Assembly: GCA_002633005.1 (NCBI GenBank)
Contig: NMRA01000412.1
Location: 315,405-379,404 of the forward strand
Reading direction: 5' to 3'
Length of the DNA stretch: 64,000 bases
Source of the DNA: Phoronis australis
Taxonomy: Eukaryota; Animalia; Phoronida
Shown here: piece after piece, positions 12,301 through 24,300 of the stretch
Layout of the letters: the number at the start of each line of letters is the position of its first letter
How positions within the stretch are numbered: the stretch's first letter is position 1
Made by a program: the position numbers and the translations under genes
Notes under the pieces: model-generated
Told to the model about the DNA's origin: nothing
What the model saw: the letters and a program-made list of their open reading frames with translations, nothing else
Database searches by the model: none

Positions 12301-15300
12301 CTTATCTAATAATACATGAAAACTCTGAGGAAAGAAGAATCAGTGGTCGTGTGATAAAACAATATGACCTGGTTTGACCCTCGGGATTGGCCAGTGTTTC
12401 CAAGCAACTTGAAACTTACTACTTCCATCAACACCATTAAAATTATAGTGCCGCATTATAAAGTTATTCAGAAACCCTAAGTTATGACGTGTCTGGGGTC
12501 CTAGTAATGTGAGCTGCATCCTGGCGTCACAGCTTGTCCATCTACCCCGTGTCGCCACAGTATCATATCAAGGCCCTTTCCACCACAGGGCTTAGCATCA
12601 TTCCGTCATCATGGCTTACTAGCGACTTCGTGGCTATGGCGCAGGGCCCATATTTACAGCAGGACAATTTAGCTCAAAGACCAATGCAGCTTCATCGTTT
12701 GGGAATCATTCATTTGGTTGATTTTTCGAGTTGGAATCCGGGTTTTGCTTTTTAATCTCGGTAGTTTGAATAAGTGGTTGAGTGGTATACTTGCCTTTAA
12801 ATCTGTTATTTGTCCGGGTCCATACAAGTCCACGGGAGTAGTAACAGCACCTGTCCCTGTTGACCTTATGCCAATAACTTGAAAAGAGCCTCCCGAGGCG
12901 ACACGTGATATTTTGTTCACAGAGGTATACGTAGGTAGCTTTCTTGGCGAATCTTAAAAGTAAGTGAGAGCCAACTAGCAGTCAATAATTTTTTTCCTAT
13001 AACACGTCAATCAAAATACCACATGCTCATTGGTTACAAGTTCCATTCGGTCACGACTTGGAATGACCAGTTACAAAAAGAGATATATTTACCAAGTGGT
13101 GTACAGTTCCACCAACAAATCTAAGCTTGTGTGATAGAAATATTTTTGTGGTGTATAATTTAACCGAAATATACGTTTTTGCGTGGACAAGTCAAATTAA
13201 TGATAAAAGGGATGTGAAAAAGAGTAAACTCGAAATCAAATAAACTTAAAAGATAAAAATTCCAACTCCTTACTCAGGGCCACGTTTTCTCCTGAGACGA
13301 TTGACCCGAACTTTGCTCGCTACAGTCGGACGAGATCAGCCTTAGCTTGCGTAATCCCGTCAGATTTTGAGCCCCATCCCTGAGCCGGAGGCAGTTAATA
13401 CGCGTCTCAGAGGTTGAATTTGGTTGTGCGTTCACGGATGCGACTAAGTTATTTTTGCATTCGTCTAAAGAAAACAAGTTTCAGCAAATTCGAATGAGAA
13501 AAATGTCCAATTACGAAAGAATTAACATTAACTTGAGGAGTGAAAGTGGCGAAATTAGCACAGGCGTTCTGGTAGTAATCTGCTTTGCGGAGAAACTTGA
13601 CATCTCAGATGTTTACTTTGTGCCATTTGATTGACCAAAATACTATGATCCAGACAGAATTTGCGTAATTCAAAGCAGCTCTTTTGGCCTCAGGAGAANT
13701 ACCAAGTGGTGTACAGTTCCACCAACAAATCTAGGCTTGTGTGATAGAAATATTTTTGTGGTGTATAATTTAACCGAAATATACGTTTTTGCGTGGACAA
13801 GTCAAATTAATGATAAAAGGGATGAGAAAAAGAGTAAACTGGAAATCAAATAAACTTAAAAGATAAAAATTCCAACTCCTTACTCAGGGCCACGTTTTCT
13901 CCTGAGACGATTGACCCGAGCTTTGCTCGCTACAGTCGGACGAGATCAGCCTTAGCTTGCGTAAGCCCGTCAGATTTTGAGCCCCATCCCTGAGCCGGAG
14001 GCAGTTAATACGCGTCTCAGAGGTTGAATTTGGTTGTGCGTTCACGGATGCGACTAAGTTATTTTTGCATTCGTCTAAAGAAAACAAGTTTCAGCAAATT
14101 CGAATGAGAAAAATGTCCAATTACGAAAGAATTAACATTAACTTGAGGAGTGAAAGTGGCGAAATTAGCACAGGCGTTCTGGTAGTAATCTGCTTTGCGG
14201 AGAAACTTGACATCTCAGATGTTTACTTTGTGCCATTTGATTGACCAAAATACTATGATCCAGACAGAATTTGCGTAATTCAAAGCAGCTCTTTTGGCCT
14301 CAGGAGAAAATTTGGCTATGTTTGGACATTTCAAACAAAATCACACACAGATTTTCAAACTAAGACTAGTCAGTAATCCACAGGCAAGGGCGTGAACCGC
14401 CATTTTTGTCTAGGAGGTAGAAACTAGGTCAACAGAATTTGAGATTTGCAAAACTTTGACGGTATAAGTGTGGTTCACATATTAACAAATGACATATTAG
14501 ACCAAGTAAGTCTAAAATTGGACTAAACTGTCTTTTGCACCTGTTATATACTAAAGTTAAGCTCAACTCATAAAAACAACAATACCAAAAGAAAAGTATT
14601 TTATCAGACGAGTTCTAACTGCCTGATATATCTCCTAAAATATATTCTTTTGAGGTTGGCGAAAGCTATCACTGCATGTTCTAAACCAGTGCGGCCTTGT
14701 GAAGCGGTGTTAGCAGCAAGACATGTCTAGTCATCGGATGACAACCGACTCAAAGGGATTGTGTTTATAAAATGGATTTTGAGTCTTTTCAAGGTGAACG
14801 ATCTTGTCCATTTGCTCAAAATCTCAACAGTACTCTCTACGGCGTTTCGATGACGACATCGGCGTGTCCTGCTCCTGAATTCGATCGCAGTTCACATTAT
14901 TCTTGGTGGCAGTTCGTAAACCATTCGCCACGTTGGGACCAACGTTCACGCAAAGCATGCGATCTTCTGGATTTCAATTTGCGAATGGCAAATGTGGTTG
15001 ATGGCGCGTCATTGAGTTACATTAATTGTTTGGATGTTCCAAGGCTCAAAACATTTCTTCGAATTCGAAGCTTATCAATCAGCTCACACAAACAACATAA
15101 ACTAGTTGGAGGTTGGTCCGAGAATCCGAAATAAAATTGTCGCAGCGGGATATAGTCCGAAGAGTCGATAGTACAAAGGGCCTATATTCCGAAAAGTGAT
15201 TACTCTTTGGCTTACATAATGATGCACCATTTTCTCAAATTAATGAATTTTGTGATTGGCGATGGGTTGACAGTTGCTAAATGTGGTATCGGAATGCCGT

Positions 15301-18300
15301 TTCCCTCTCCCTCCTCCTCTCCCTACCCCTTTCCCTCTCTCCTGGTTTTGGGGGTGCGTAAACCGTGTTTTATGAGTAAAGGGTCATGTTGGTGAAACAG
15401 TGAACAGTGTTAACACGTCCGCGAGTCGTATTCGCGAGTACCCACTTGCATGTGCAAAGTACATGTAGATGTACATTGCACATGTGCTAGATTGTGTGAG
15501 CAGTGTCTTCTGAGTGGACTAAGCTTTAATTAACACTTGAAATTCTTGATGGCATCCTAAATTGAAAAGCAGAGTATTGGAAGCAGTGTATGTCCAAGTG
15601 CTTTTCAGTGTCAGTGGATCCGTACATGTAGTTTCATGTCATACGATATTTTTTGGAAAAACACATCGAAGGACACAACCCTTTCTGTACCAGTAGCATT
15701 TGCAACGAAAGGTAAAAATAGTAACCAAAACTGAACGGATTTCAAAAGAAACAAACGTTATTCGTTTGATCACACTTCACGTATCTTACCACATCTTCCC
15801 GTTAAAAAACATACATCAGGTAATTTCTGGCCACCGCTCGACGATTTTACTTTGCCAGAGCTGTCTTTGACCTTGACCTTTACTGAATATCCGCCATCAC
15901 CCTTAATATTTAGAAAATATCCAGAGTAAACACCATCTTCCTTGTTGGTGTCCGCCCCTGCAAATTAACAAGATAGTGATAGTTTCATGGACTCCGTGGA
16001 AATAGCAAAAAATGCGTTGGCTGGTACAGCATCAGTGGTTTTCAGTAATAGTCCAAATATTTCAAATCGTGCGAGTAACGCAGGAAGTACTTCAGTTGCT
16101 GCTGCTATTGGTGTTCTTGCTAGTCATGATAATGAAACTGTTGTTGAGTCTATTGCTCTAATAATCGTCTCTACTGACTTAGCAAATCACGCAACGTTCT
16201 GAAGATGTGGTCAAAAAGGGGTGTTAAGCAATTCCGTTTTTGTCATTGCTGACTGTTAGAGAGCCTCATGAAATCGCAACAGATTTTTCAGCCAGTTCCC
16301 TACATTGATCAAATGTTAGAGAACGGCAGCCTTTTGAGCAAAATAAATATACATATAAAATTGCGTTTTGCTCATTCATAGCATATGCACAAAGCACGAG
16401 CTAACAACTACAGTCGAACACCCTATGAAAGCAGTCTATCTGTATACATGTACACTGTATAACAAATTAGTTGCAGATTTTGTCAACTGGCCAAGCACGA
16501 GACAGTGAATTCTTCCGCAAAATGTCTCCAAGGGCAATAACAGTCAACTTCTGTATCCAGTTCTACGGCGTCTGAAACGTAAGAATTTTAACAACGTGTT
16601 TTCAAATATTTATAAGCTATAACTTTACAATATGATAAATGACGACCTGCTCCGGATCCGGTTATTTCAAAGGTTCTTCCAGCAAACTGGCCTCCGTGGT
16701 CAAATTAGTCCTTACCAGCTCCGTTATCCGTCAACGTCACCGCACTACTTGCACCAGAACTACTTTCAACCAATGCCGATACTTTAGCATCTACAACTGG
16801 CAGATCACCCTTTGTCAGAGTCGCGTATATGATCAAGGCTGGGGATGAATTTGGATCTGAAAAGCAATTGAAACAATGTGTAATTCACATGTTTTCAGCT
16901 TTGGAAGTAAACTACTCAAAACGGTAAGTGTTTGTGTACTATATGTTTGGCTCCGCCTAATTTCCGAGAAATTGGATATAACCAATTCGTGTATGATATA
17001 CACGAGCTGATGTTTCCTTTCTGACTAATGTTTTGTTTTCTTAATCCGATTTCTCTCACCACAGGACATTACTCATTACGCTTTTCATCAAATACATGGA
17101 CACGTAGTTAGATATTTCATACTGAATAATCCATGTTTGAATTTTGTCAATTTTCTAATTGCCTTTGAAATTACAAACCTAGCGGCGTACTTATGTTTAG
17201 TAGTTTATTCCGTCATAGATCACAGACAAAAGATTCTAGCATGGGATTCCAAGAAAAGACTCCAGTTTTCGGTTAGTGATCAGACAACTTACTTGCCGGA
17301 AGTTAAACTGTAACTCACCCAAACGCCGTACTTACTTGGCGGCCAATAAAATTAGTCGTGCCCTTTGCGTATACATTGTACGATCGCAGGTTTTGAATTT
17401 ACAGTGTTGGCGGTCCATGTTTTTGATTACAAAATTCACAAAGCACTGTGACGTAAAGCCAAATCGCCTAGAAAAATAGTTGATGATGAAACAGTTGCTT
17501 TGCTTCACACAAATTAACTTAGATGTGCAGTGTCATACAGCTGTTGTTGGCATTTCGTGAACATATCATTGACAACATGGGGGGGGTACATGTACCGTGG
17601 AACGGGTCGTGTTTGTTATAGAACACGTCTTGATTAATTCTCTCTAATGGCTATTTTTCATTGGTCAGTAAAACTCTGAGGTGTCAAAACTGAATGTGAC
17701 ATGTCTCTCCACTAGGAGTGGTTTCATCTACTTTGCCTGTTGTAAAATATGCATTTCTTAACGCGGCAACTGCTCTTAATTGTAATCGAAGACCGGTTTC
17801 TTTGACGGAGAGTGGGATACTGGAATTTACTGAATGCAACATTTAAATGTCATAACAATGAACTTTGCGTGACATTCTGCATAACAAATCATCGTCATAA
17901 ATTTTCTAGTTTCGTTGATCAGATAGTGTTCGTCAACATATTTGAAAAACACTAGCAATGACAATATCGACAGTCAAACATCATTAATTTTTCACAAAAT
18001 AAGTTTAGTAGTTTGATAGGTTTTAGGCCTTTCGCATTGATGTCACAAACTCATCGCTTTTGCAGAACTTACATACGAAGGCTTTGTGCGACACGGAAAT
18101 TATACATATTTCACTTCCATTCCATATTTGGTCAAAACATAGATTACCTAGAACACACCACATACCGGAAAAATTTAGGGTGGGATGCCTGAGTTCACTA
18201 GACAGTGTTATTGGCTCAGCGTCGACTGACTTTGATCTGGACGTAATGGAGATCTGAAGTTGGCAAGCCTGGAATCCATTGTTACGTATTAGTATGGTCC

Positions 18301-21300
18301 ACGTGCCTGTTTCCGCTATACCTGGTACTGGTATCCGCAAAATGTTTGACGACGACTGCATTGTGGGTATTGTGAGATTAGTGTTCGATGGTCGCGAGAT
18401 GTCAATCTGAATCTGAGGCTGAGCTCTCAACCAGGACAGGATAAATGCTGTATCTTTCCCCAGACTGTCGTCGATGAAAATTTCGTGTGTGTAATTGTCA
18501 ATCGGTCGAATTGTTAGCGTCTCACTAGACAACTGAAAGCAGACACAGGTGCAATGTGAATCGTTTCCAATTCACACATCTACAATAGATCTCTATCTTT
18601 AGTAACTTAATCGAAGCAAAGATTATTACCATATTAGTCTTCCGCATCAACTCCGTGTAGAAAAATAAGCATTGTATTAAACGAAAAGGATCTGGAACAG
18701 CACAAGTATTCTTAACAGTTACTGTGAAGCCAACTTTAAATTCAAGAAACTATTAACTTGCAAGATTGTCATCACGAACCGATCAAGTTGCATACTAATC
18801 TCCCCCACGTGCAAAGATGTCTGGATGGCACTCACGACGTCTAGTGTATCCTCGAAACATGGTAGTTCTATAGTGTAGGCCTCATCTCAAGCCATATAAT
18901 TAGAAACGACCAGTTTAACGCCATGAGTAGTGGACTGTGGACTTGTAACAATAACGGTTTAGTGACTGCAAATGCAACTACGTGTATAGACGCTAATGTG
19001 GTTATCATTAGATTTTCGGTTGAGATCGCCGACCTCACACGCAGTACACCGTAATTATTACATTTCGACGTGCCGTTGCAAGAAGCGTTGATAGCGTAAT
19101 AATCTATTTTCTTTTGCTGGCTCTCTCAGCCCCGAATGAATGTGCATTCCTAATTCTTACACTTGCCGTAAAAGTGCAAGTTCAGCAAGCGTAGTTAGCA
19201 CACACCCTTGTTGACGGTTTTCTAAACCGTAAATTAAAATTGTACATTTGCAGCTCCAGTAAAGATGTGGACGCAAAACTGAGCGTTAGCTTACAACTTT
19301 TATGTCGTTGCCGCAAATTAAATTAGTAATCATCTCTCACTGTTGAAGTTGCACCAATAGTGATTAGCGTATCAATCTCGTTACCAGTCTTCTAAACCAC
19401 ACATAATGTTATTATTTAATTATCCGTTTAAGTACAATTGCTCTTGCAACAAGCGTAGCATCGATCGTGCCAGCCTACAGCCATTTCTCGTGGCCAGCGT
19501 AATATGGATTTTGAATGGAAAAACATTTCGATATCTTGAGAAGTAGAGATTGCACGATTTCCATTAAAAATGAGTTAGCTAATTCACTATCTGGAGCGGG
19601 GCATACAACAATTAGGTGACGCCCTAACGGTGCAGCTCACTCTAGAACATTTAAAGCATACAATAAGATAATTTTGCACCTTTACAAATGCTGACTTGTG
19701 CGATTCTTCGACAACCGTCTGTGTGAATGCGTCCGCCAAACTTGTACTTGTCGCTGAATCACTTGAAAAGAATGGGGTCCCTCCCGTTTCTAACGCTAGC
19801 ACTCTTAGTCGTGGATCAGCAGCATCGGTGACAAGTATAGTGTCAACAATAACACCCTCTTGTTTCAGTTCAGGCAGGTATTGTCCCAGGTAATCGGAAG
19901 AGTCCATGCCATCAGATAAGAGAATCAGTCTTCCACCACGTGGGTTGGTTCCATTTCGTAACACCTGTTATGAATGCCAGACAAAAGAAATTACCAGGCA
20001 TTTCCTTTAGACATTGCCAGGGAGTACAAAGTCATTCGTAAAATAGCATATCAGCAATAATATATGATATTTAACCGCCCAGGGCGTTAACCCGAACGAT
20101 TACGGTACTGCCTTTGATACCACTTCCTTGATTTGTTTGCGATTTTGCATCGTCCCGTCGTTTGCATTTTATTATCGTTCCGTTGATAGTTTTGTCAAAA
20201 GGTGTCTTTTGAACATAACTAAGTTTGTAATAAAACATATCAAGTTATAAAACGACGATTGTCACTTGTTCACATTACTTTTGAATGTTGTATCAATGGA
20301 CTTTTGAACAATTAATTTGTGATCGCTTTTCACAAGAATGGAATGCAAGCGTGCAAACAAATCAAAACTAGAAAGATTATTGTCACGGCGTGACAATATT
20401 GGACTCTACGCGTGCGTATTAAAGGAATTGTTATGGGAAGTTACTGACAGCAACCCGGTTACCAATATGAAAAGGAATTCTTTGAAATTGTAGGAGAAAT
20501 TACATGTTAATATTTTGATGACCTTTCCACTAACTAACCTCTTCCGGTGCATTATGAACCCCGATAAGGGATTAATTGTAAAACCAATTTAAAGTGTGGT
20601 TAATGCTAAGAATCACAGATGTTTTACTTTAATCACTTAAGAATACAATATGAAAGAATTGGTCAAACTTTCAGAAGAAAAATGCACCTAATGACCCAAT
20701 GGGTGCACCAAATGACCTAAAAATTGAAAATTCAAACTCAATCGCATTTAGTAAGCAGATATGTAATTTTGAAGTCACTAGCTCAAAATTTTAATTTTGC
20801 ACTCAATAACCTTTGACCTATTTTTTCTGATTGGTTAGGCCTATTGCGTAGTTAAGTAGATTGTTCAATTGGCATGTTGACTTACACTAGTGTGCTGAAA
20901 TTGAAAAGAATTCATTGAAAAACGTAAGATATAACATTTTGAACGTTAGATGACCTTTGCACTAATTGACCTTACCCGGTGCATTTTAAGCATCTTTAGG
21001 AGAATTATTGCAAAGCCCATGGAAAATGTGTTTAACGCTGAGAATTACAGTTGTCTAACGGTTGACACATCAGAATACTTGCTGATTGAAAAGGTCAAAT
21101 TTTCAGAAGAAAAATGCACCTAATGACCCCATGTTTGCACTAAATGATCTGAAACTTTGGATTCCGATTTGATTTACCTGTGGCAATCAGACCTGTCAAT
21201 TTGAAGTGTCTAGCTCAAAATTTTAGTTTGACCTTTGACCAATTTCACCTGATTGGATGACCCGATTTCTTAGAAAAGTAATTTTTAAAATTGTCATGTT

Positions 21301-24300
21301 GACTTATACCTGTGCACCGAATTTGAAAAAGATAGATTTAAAACTGAAGGAGGAGTAGCATTTTGAAAATTATATGACCTTTGCACCATCCGACCTCTTC
21401 CGGTGCAATATGGAATACGATTATATAACCAATCAAATTTTATATACTGTCAAAAGTCATATGCTGAACTTAAAGACCGTACCTGCACCCAATTTGGAGT
21501 TAATAAGCCTCAAAGTTGGTCGGAAGAAGAATAAGAAGAATAAGAATAAAATTGAAGAAAACCCAGGAACAACAGTACTCTGCGCTTACACGCGCAGAGT
21601 AACTAGAAAGATTATTGTCACGGCGTGACAATAACGGACTCTGCGCGTGCGTATTACTGGGAGTATTATGGGAAGTTACTGACAGGAGCCCGTTTACCAA
21701 TACGAAAAGTAATTCTTTAAAATTGTAGGAGAAATTACATGTTAATTTTTTGATGACCTTTCCACTAATTGACCTCTTCCGGTGCATTATGAGCCCCGAT
21801 GAGGGAGTAATTATTAACTCTATTAAAAGTGTGGTTAATGCTAATAATCACAGATGTTATACTTTAAGCACTTCAGAATACAAGAAGAATGAAGTGGTCA
21901 GACTTTCAGAAGAAAAATGCACCTAAAAACCGTACTTGCACCCAATTTGGAGTTATTAAACCTCAAAGTTGGTCGGAAGAAGAATAAGAATAAGAAAAAT
22001 AAGAAGAAGAATAAATTTGAAGAAAACCCAGGAACAACAGTACTCTGCGCTTACACGCGCACAGTAATAAGAAGAATAAGAAGAATAAGAAGAATAAGAA
22101 TAAAATTGAAGAAAACCCAGGAACAACATTACTCTGCGCTTACACGCGCAGAGTAATAAGAAGAATACGAATAAAATTGAAGAAAACCCAGGAACAACAG
22201 TACTCTGCGCTTACACGCGCAGAGTAATTATGTAAATACTCCCTTTTCAAAATGACATTTAATATGGAAGCCTATGTTTCATTCAATTTACTACCATTGC
22301 TGCACAAGCTCCTCTGCATGTTTCCGGTGTTCAAATCACAGACTGTTGGTCGAGGTGGAAAGACATCTGTACTATACGTTGATACATATCTACGTATATG
22401 TTCTTTATGTAAACAAAGCTCTGGTCAAAATTTTGTGGGAGATGAATTTCACCCAAGTGATCTTTCCTTTTTGATGCTGATGTTAATTTCTGATCCTTTT
22501 GTGCTAAAAAATGATTAAGTTTGTGTACCACTCTTCTGTACTCAAACAAAAACTTATGAATGTCTAAAATATTACGTGCACGCATAAACGTACTCTTGTA
22601 TTGTGCTGTATATATGTTGTATGTGTAGTGTGAGCCCATGGCCTCGAGTGCAAATAAATGACAATGATTGTCACTTTTTAATGAACTACATTGCAGAGAG
22701 AACCCACGACTGTATTTGTGGCCACTTGAAATGCGTACAAAACGTAGACGCAATTCAAAGGCAGGAATTTGGCCTTCAGGAAAAAGTGAAGCATTTAATT
22801 TTAACGACGTCGTTGTTAACATTATTTGTATTTTACAAAAAAATAAACGTGCTGATTAGAAAGGAAATACGCTGTCATCTTGTATCCTTTGGAACTCTAA
22901 AGCTGACCCGGGTATGTGCAGGCTGGTGCTACTCTGTAGATAAAATTGTTTCTTATTTTTATGTGTTCGCATTTTATGATAGGTCGTAATAAATGTATTG
23001 TTTGGTTATAAAATTTCCTAAAAATAAGCACTTCTTGTTAGAAGAAATATGGGCACCATGTCTGCGTTCCACCCTGTGCACTGCACTCTGAAATTAAACT
23101 TAAACACCTTCACGTATCAAGTTGTCGCTTACATTAATTCCCTCTTGTATCCCGGAGCCTATTGAAGTTCCGCCACCAGCACGAAGGTTTTTCACTGCAT
23201 CTGTAAGCGCTGTCCTTCTCTCTCCTCTCACCATGTTATGCACGACTGATGCCATGCTATTGAATTTGACTACACCAATATAGGTGTCGCTTTCATACAT
23301 GTTAATCGCTTCTATGGCAGTTTGTTTTGCCTGCTCAATCCTGGTTCCCTGAAAGTTGATAAGTCATGATATACAATGGCATACGATTCTTCAATTCACC
23401 CGGGTACATGTATATGCATAGACGCAATGTACATGTAGTTATCTAGTAGCAAATAAATTATATGAAGAATACTGAGGTCCTGTCATATAAAGACAATCTT
23501 TGATTTGAGTAGTTTGATAATGAGGACAACGACCACATTAGCAGAGACGATACCGGTGGCGACAACCAAACGACTACCACGTCATCTACAGACACCGCTT
23601 TATAATGCCGGGCAGTGACATTTCAAAGTGACTTAAAGAGGAATAACGTTCTAGGATGAATGAAATGTGCAAAGTTAAACAGAGTTCCACGAATTTATCC
23701 CAGACAAAAGTTCAAAAGTTTTTCGGAAATTTTTCAGTAACTTGCTTGATTTTCTTACTTAAATGCGTTTTTCTTCCGCTTTGTTTTCACATGCTAGACA
23801 CCTTTGGCTTTCCACCTCCTGAATAACGTAACCTCCATGCATCGCTTTTTGGTCACAAGTTCACTTTGACTAGCAAGTAAATTTAGAGTTCCTTTACGAT
23901 GTCCAACAACATAAAATTCTACTATTACTTATCCTAAGAAACTGCATGTGTTAGCAGTTATAATCATCAAGGTTATCAGATTTTCAAAGCAAATTTGACT
24001 ATTTAAGAAATCACGTTTGGTTGAGATCATTCGAAAATGTCTGTTGTAGACTCAGCGTGTAATTCAACATGTAAACTAGTCAGAGAGCCTAAACTGTATA
24101 GGCTTTTCGAAAACACAATCAATTCAATGTAGCCATGGGCGCTAAGTTATTTCTGGGAGACAGGAGAGGATTTACAAACACACTGAACAATCTCGACTTT
24201 TCTGAAAACGTTAAACCTGTTACACACATACATGTAAGTCTAGCGCTAGATTTAATTCCTAAAATAGTATGCCCAAATGTGCTACGTCCCTTTTTTCACA

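Noticed and set aside
13274-14087. Two identical 67-aa ORFs suggesting a duplicated small gene
   Set aside because: They arise from the gap-flanking duplication inside an intron; non-ATG start and no recognisable protein features.
14860-15135. Possible Mutator-type transposase C-terminal remnant on the minus strand (LCELIDKLR..)
   Set aside because: The resemblance is too vague to call without a profile search.
21554-22227. CRISPR-like array of approximately 48-bp repeats with variable spacers
   Set aside because: The spacers are just (AAGAAT)n microsatellite, the repeat is a Helentron-type element end, the context is a eukaryotic intron, and there are no cas genes.
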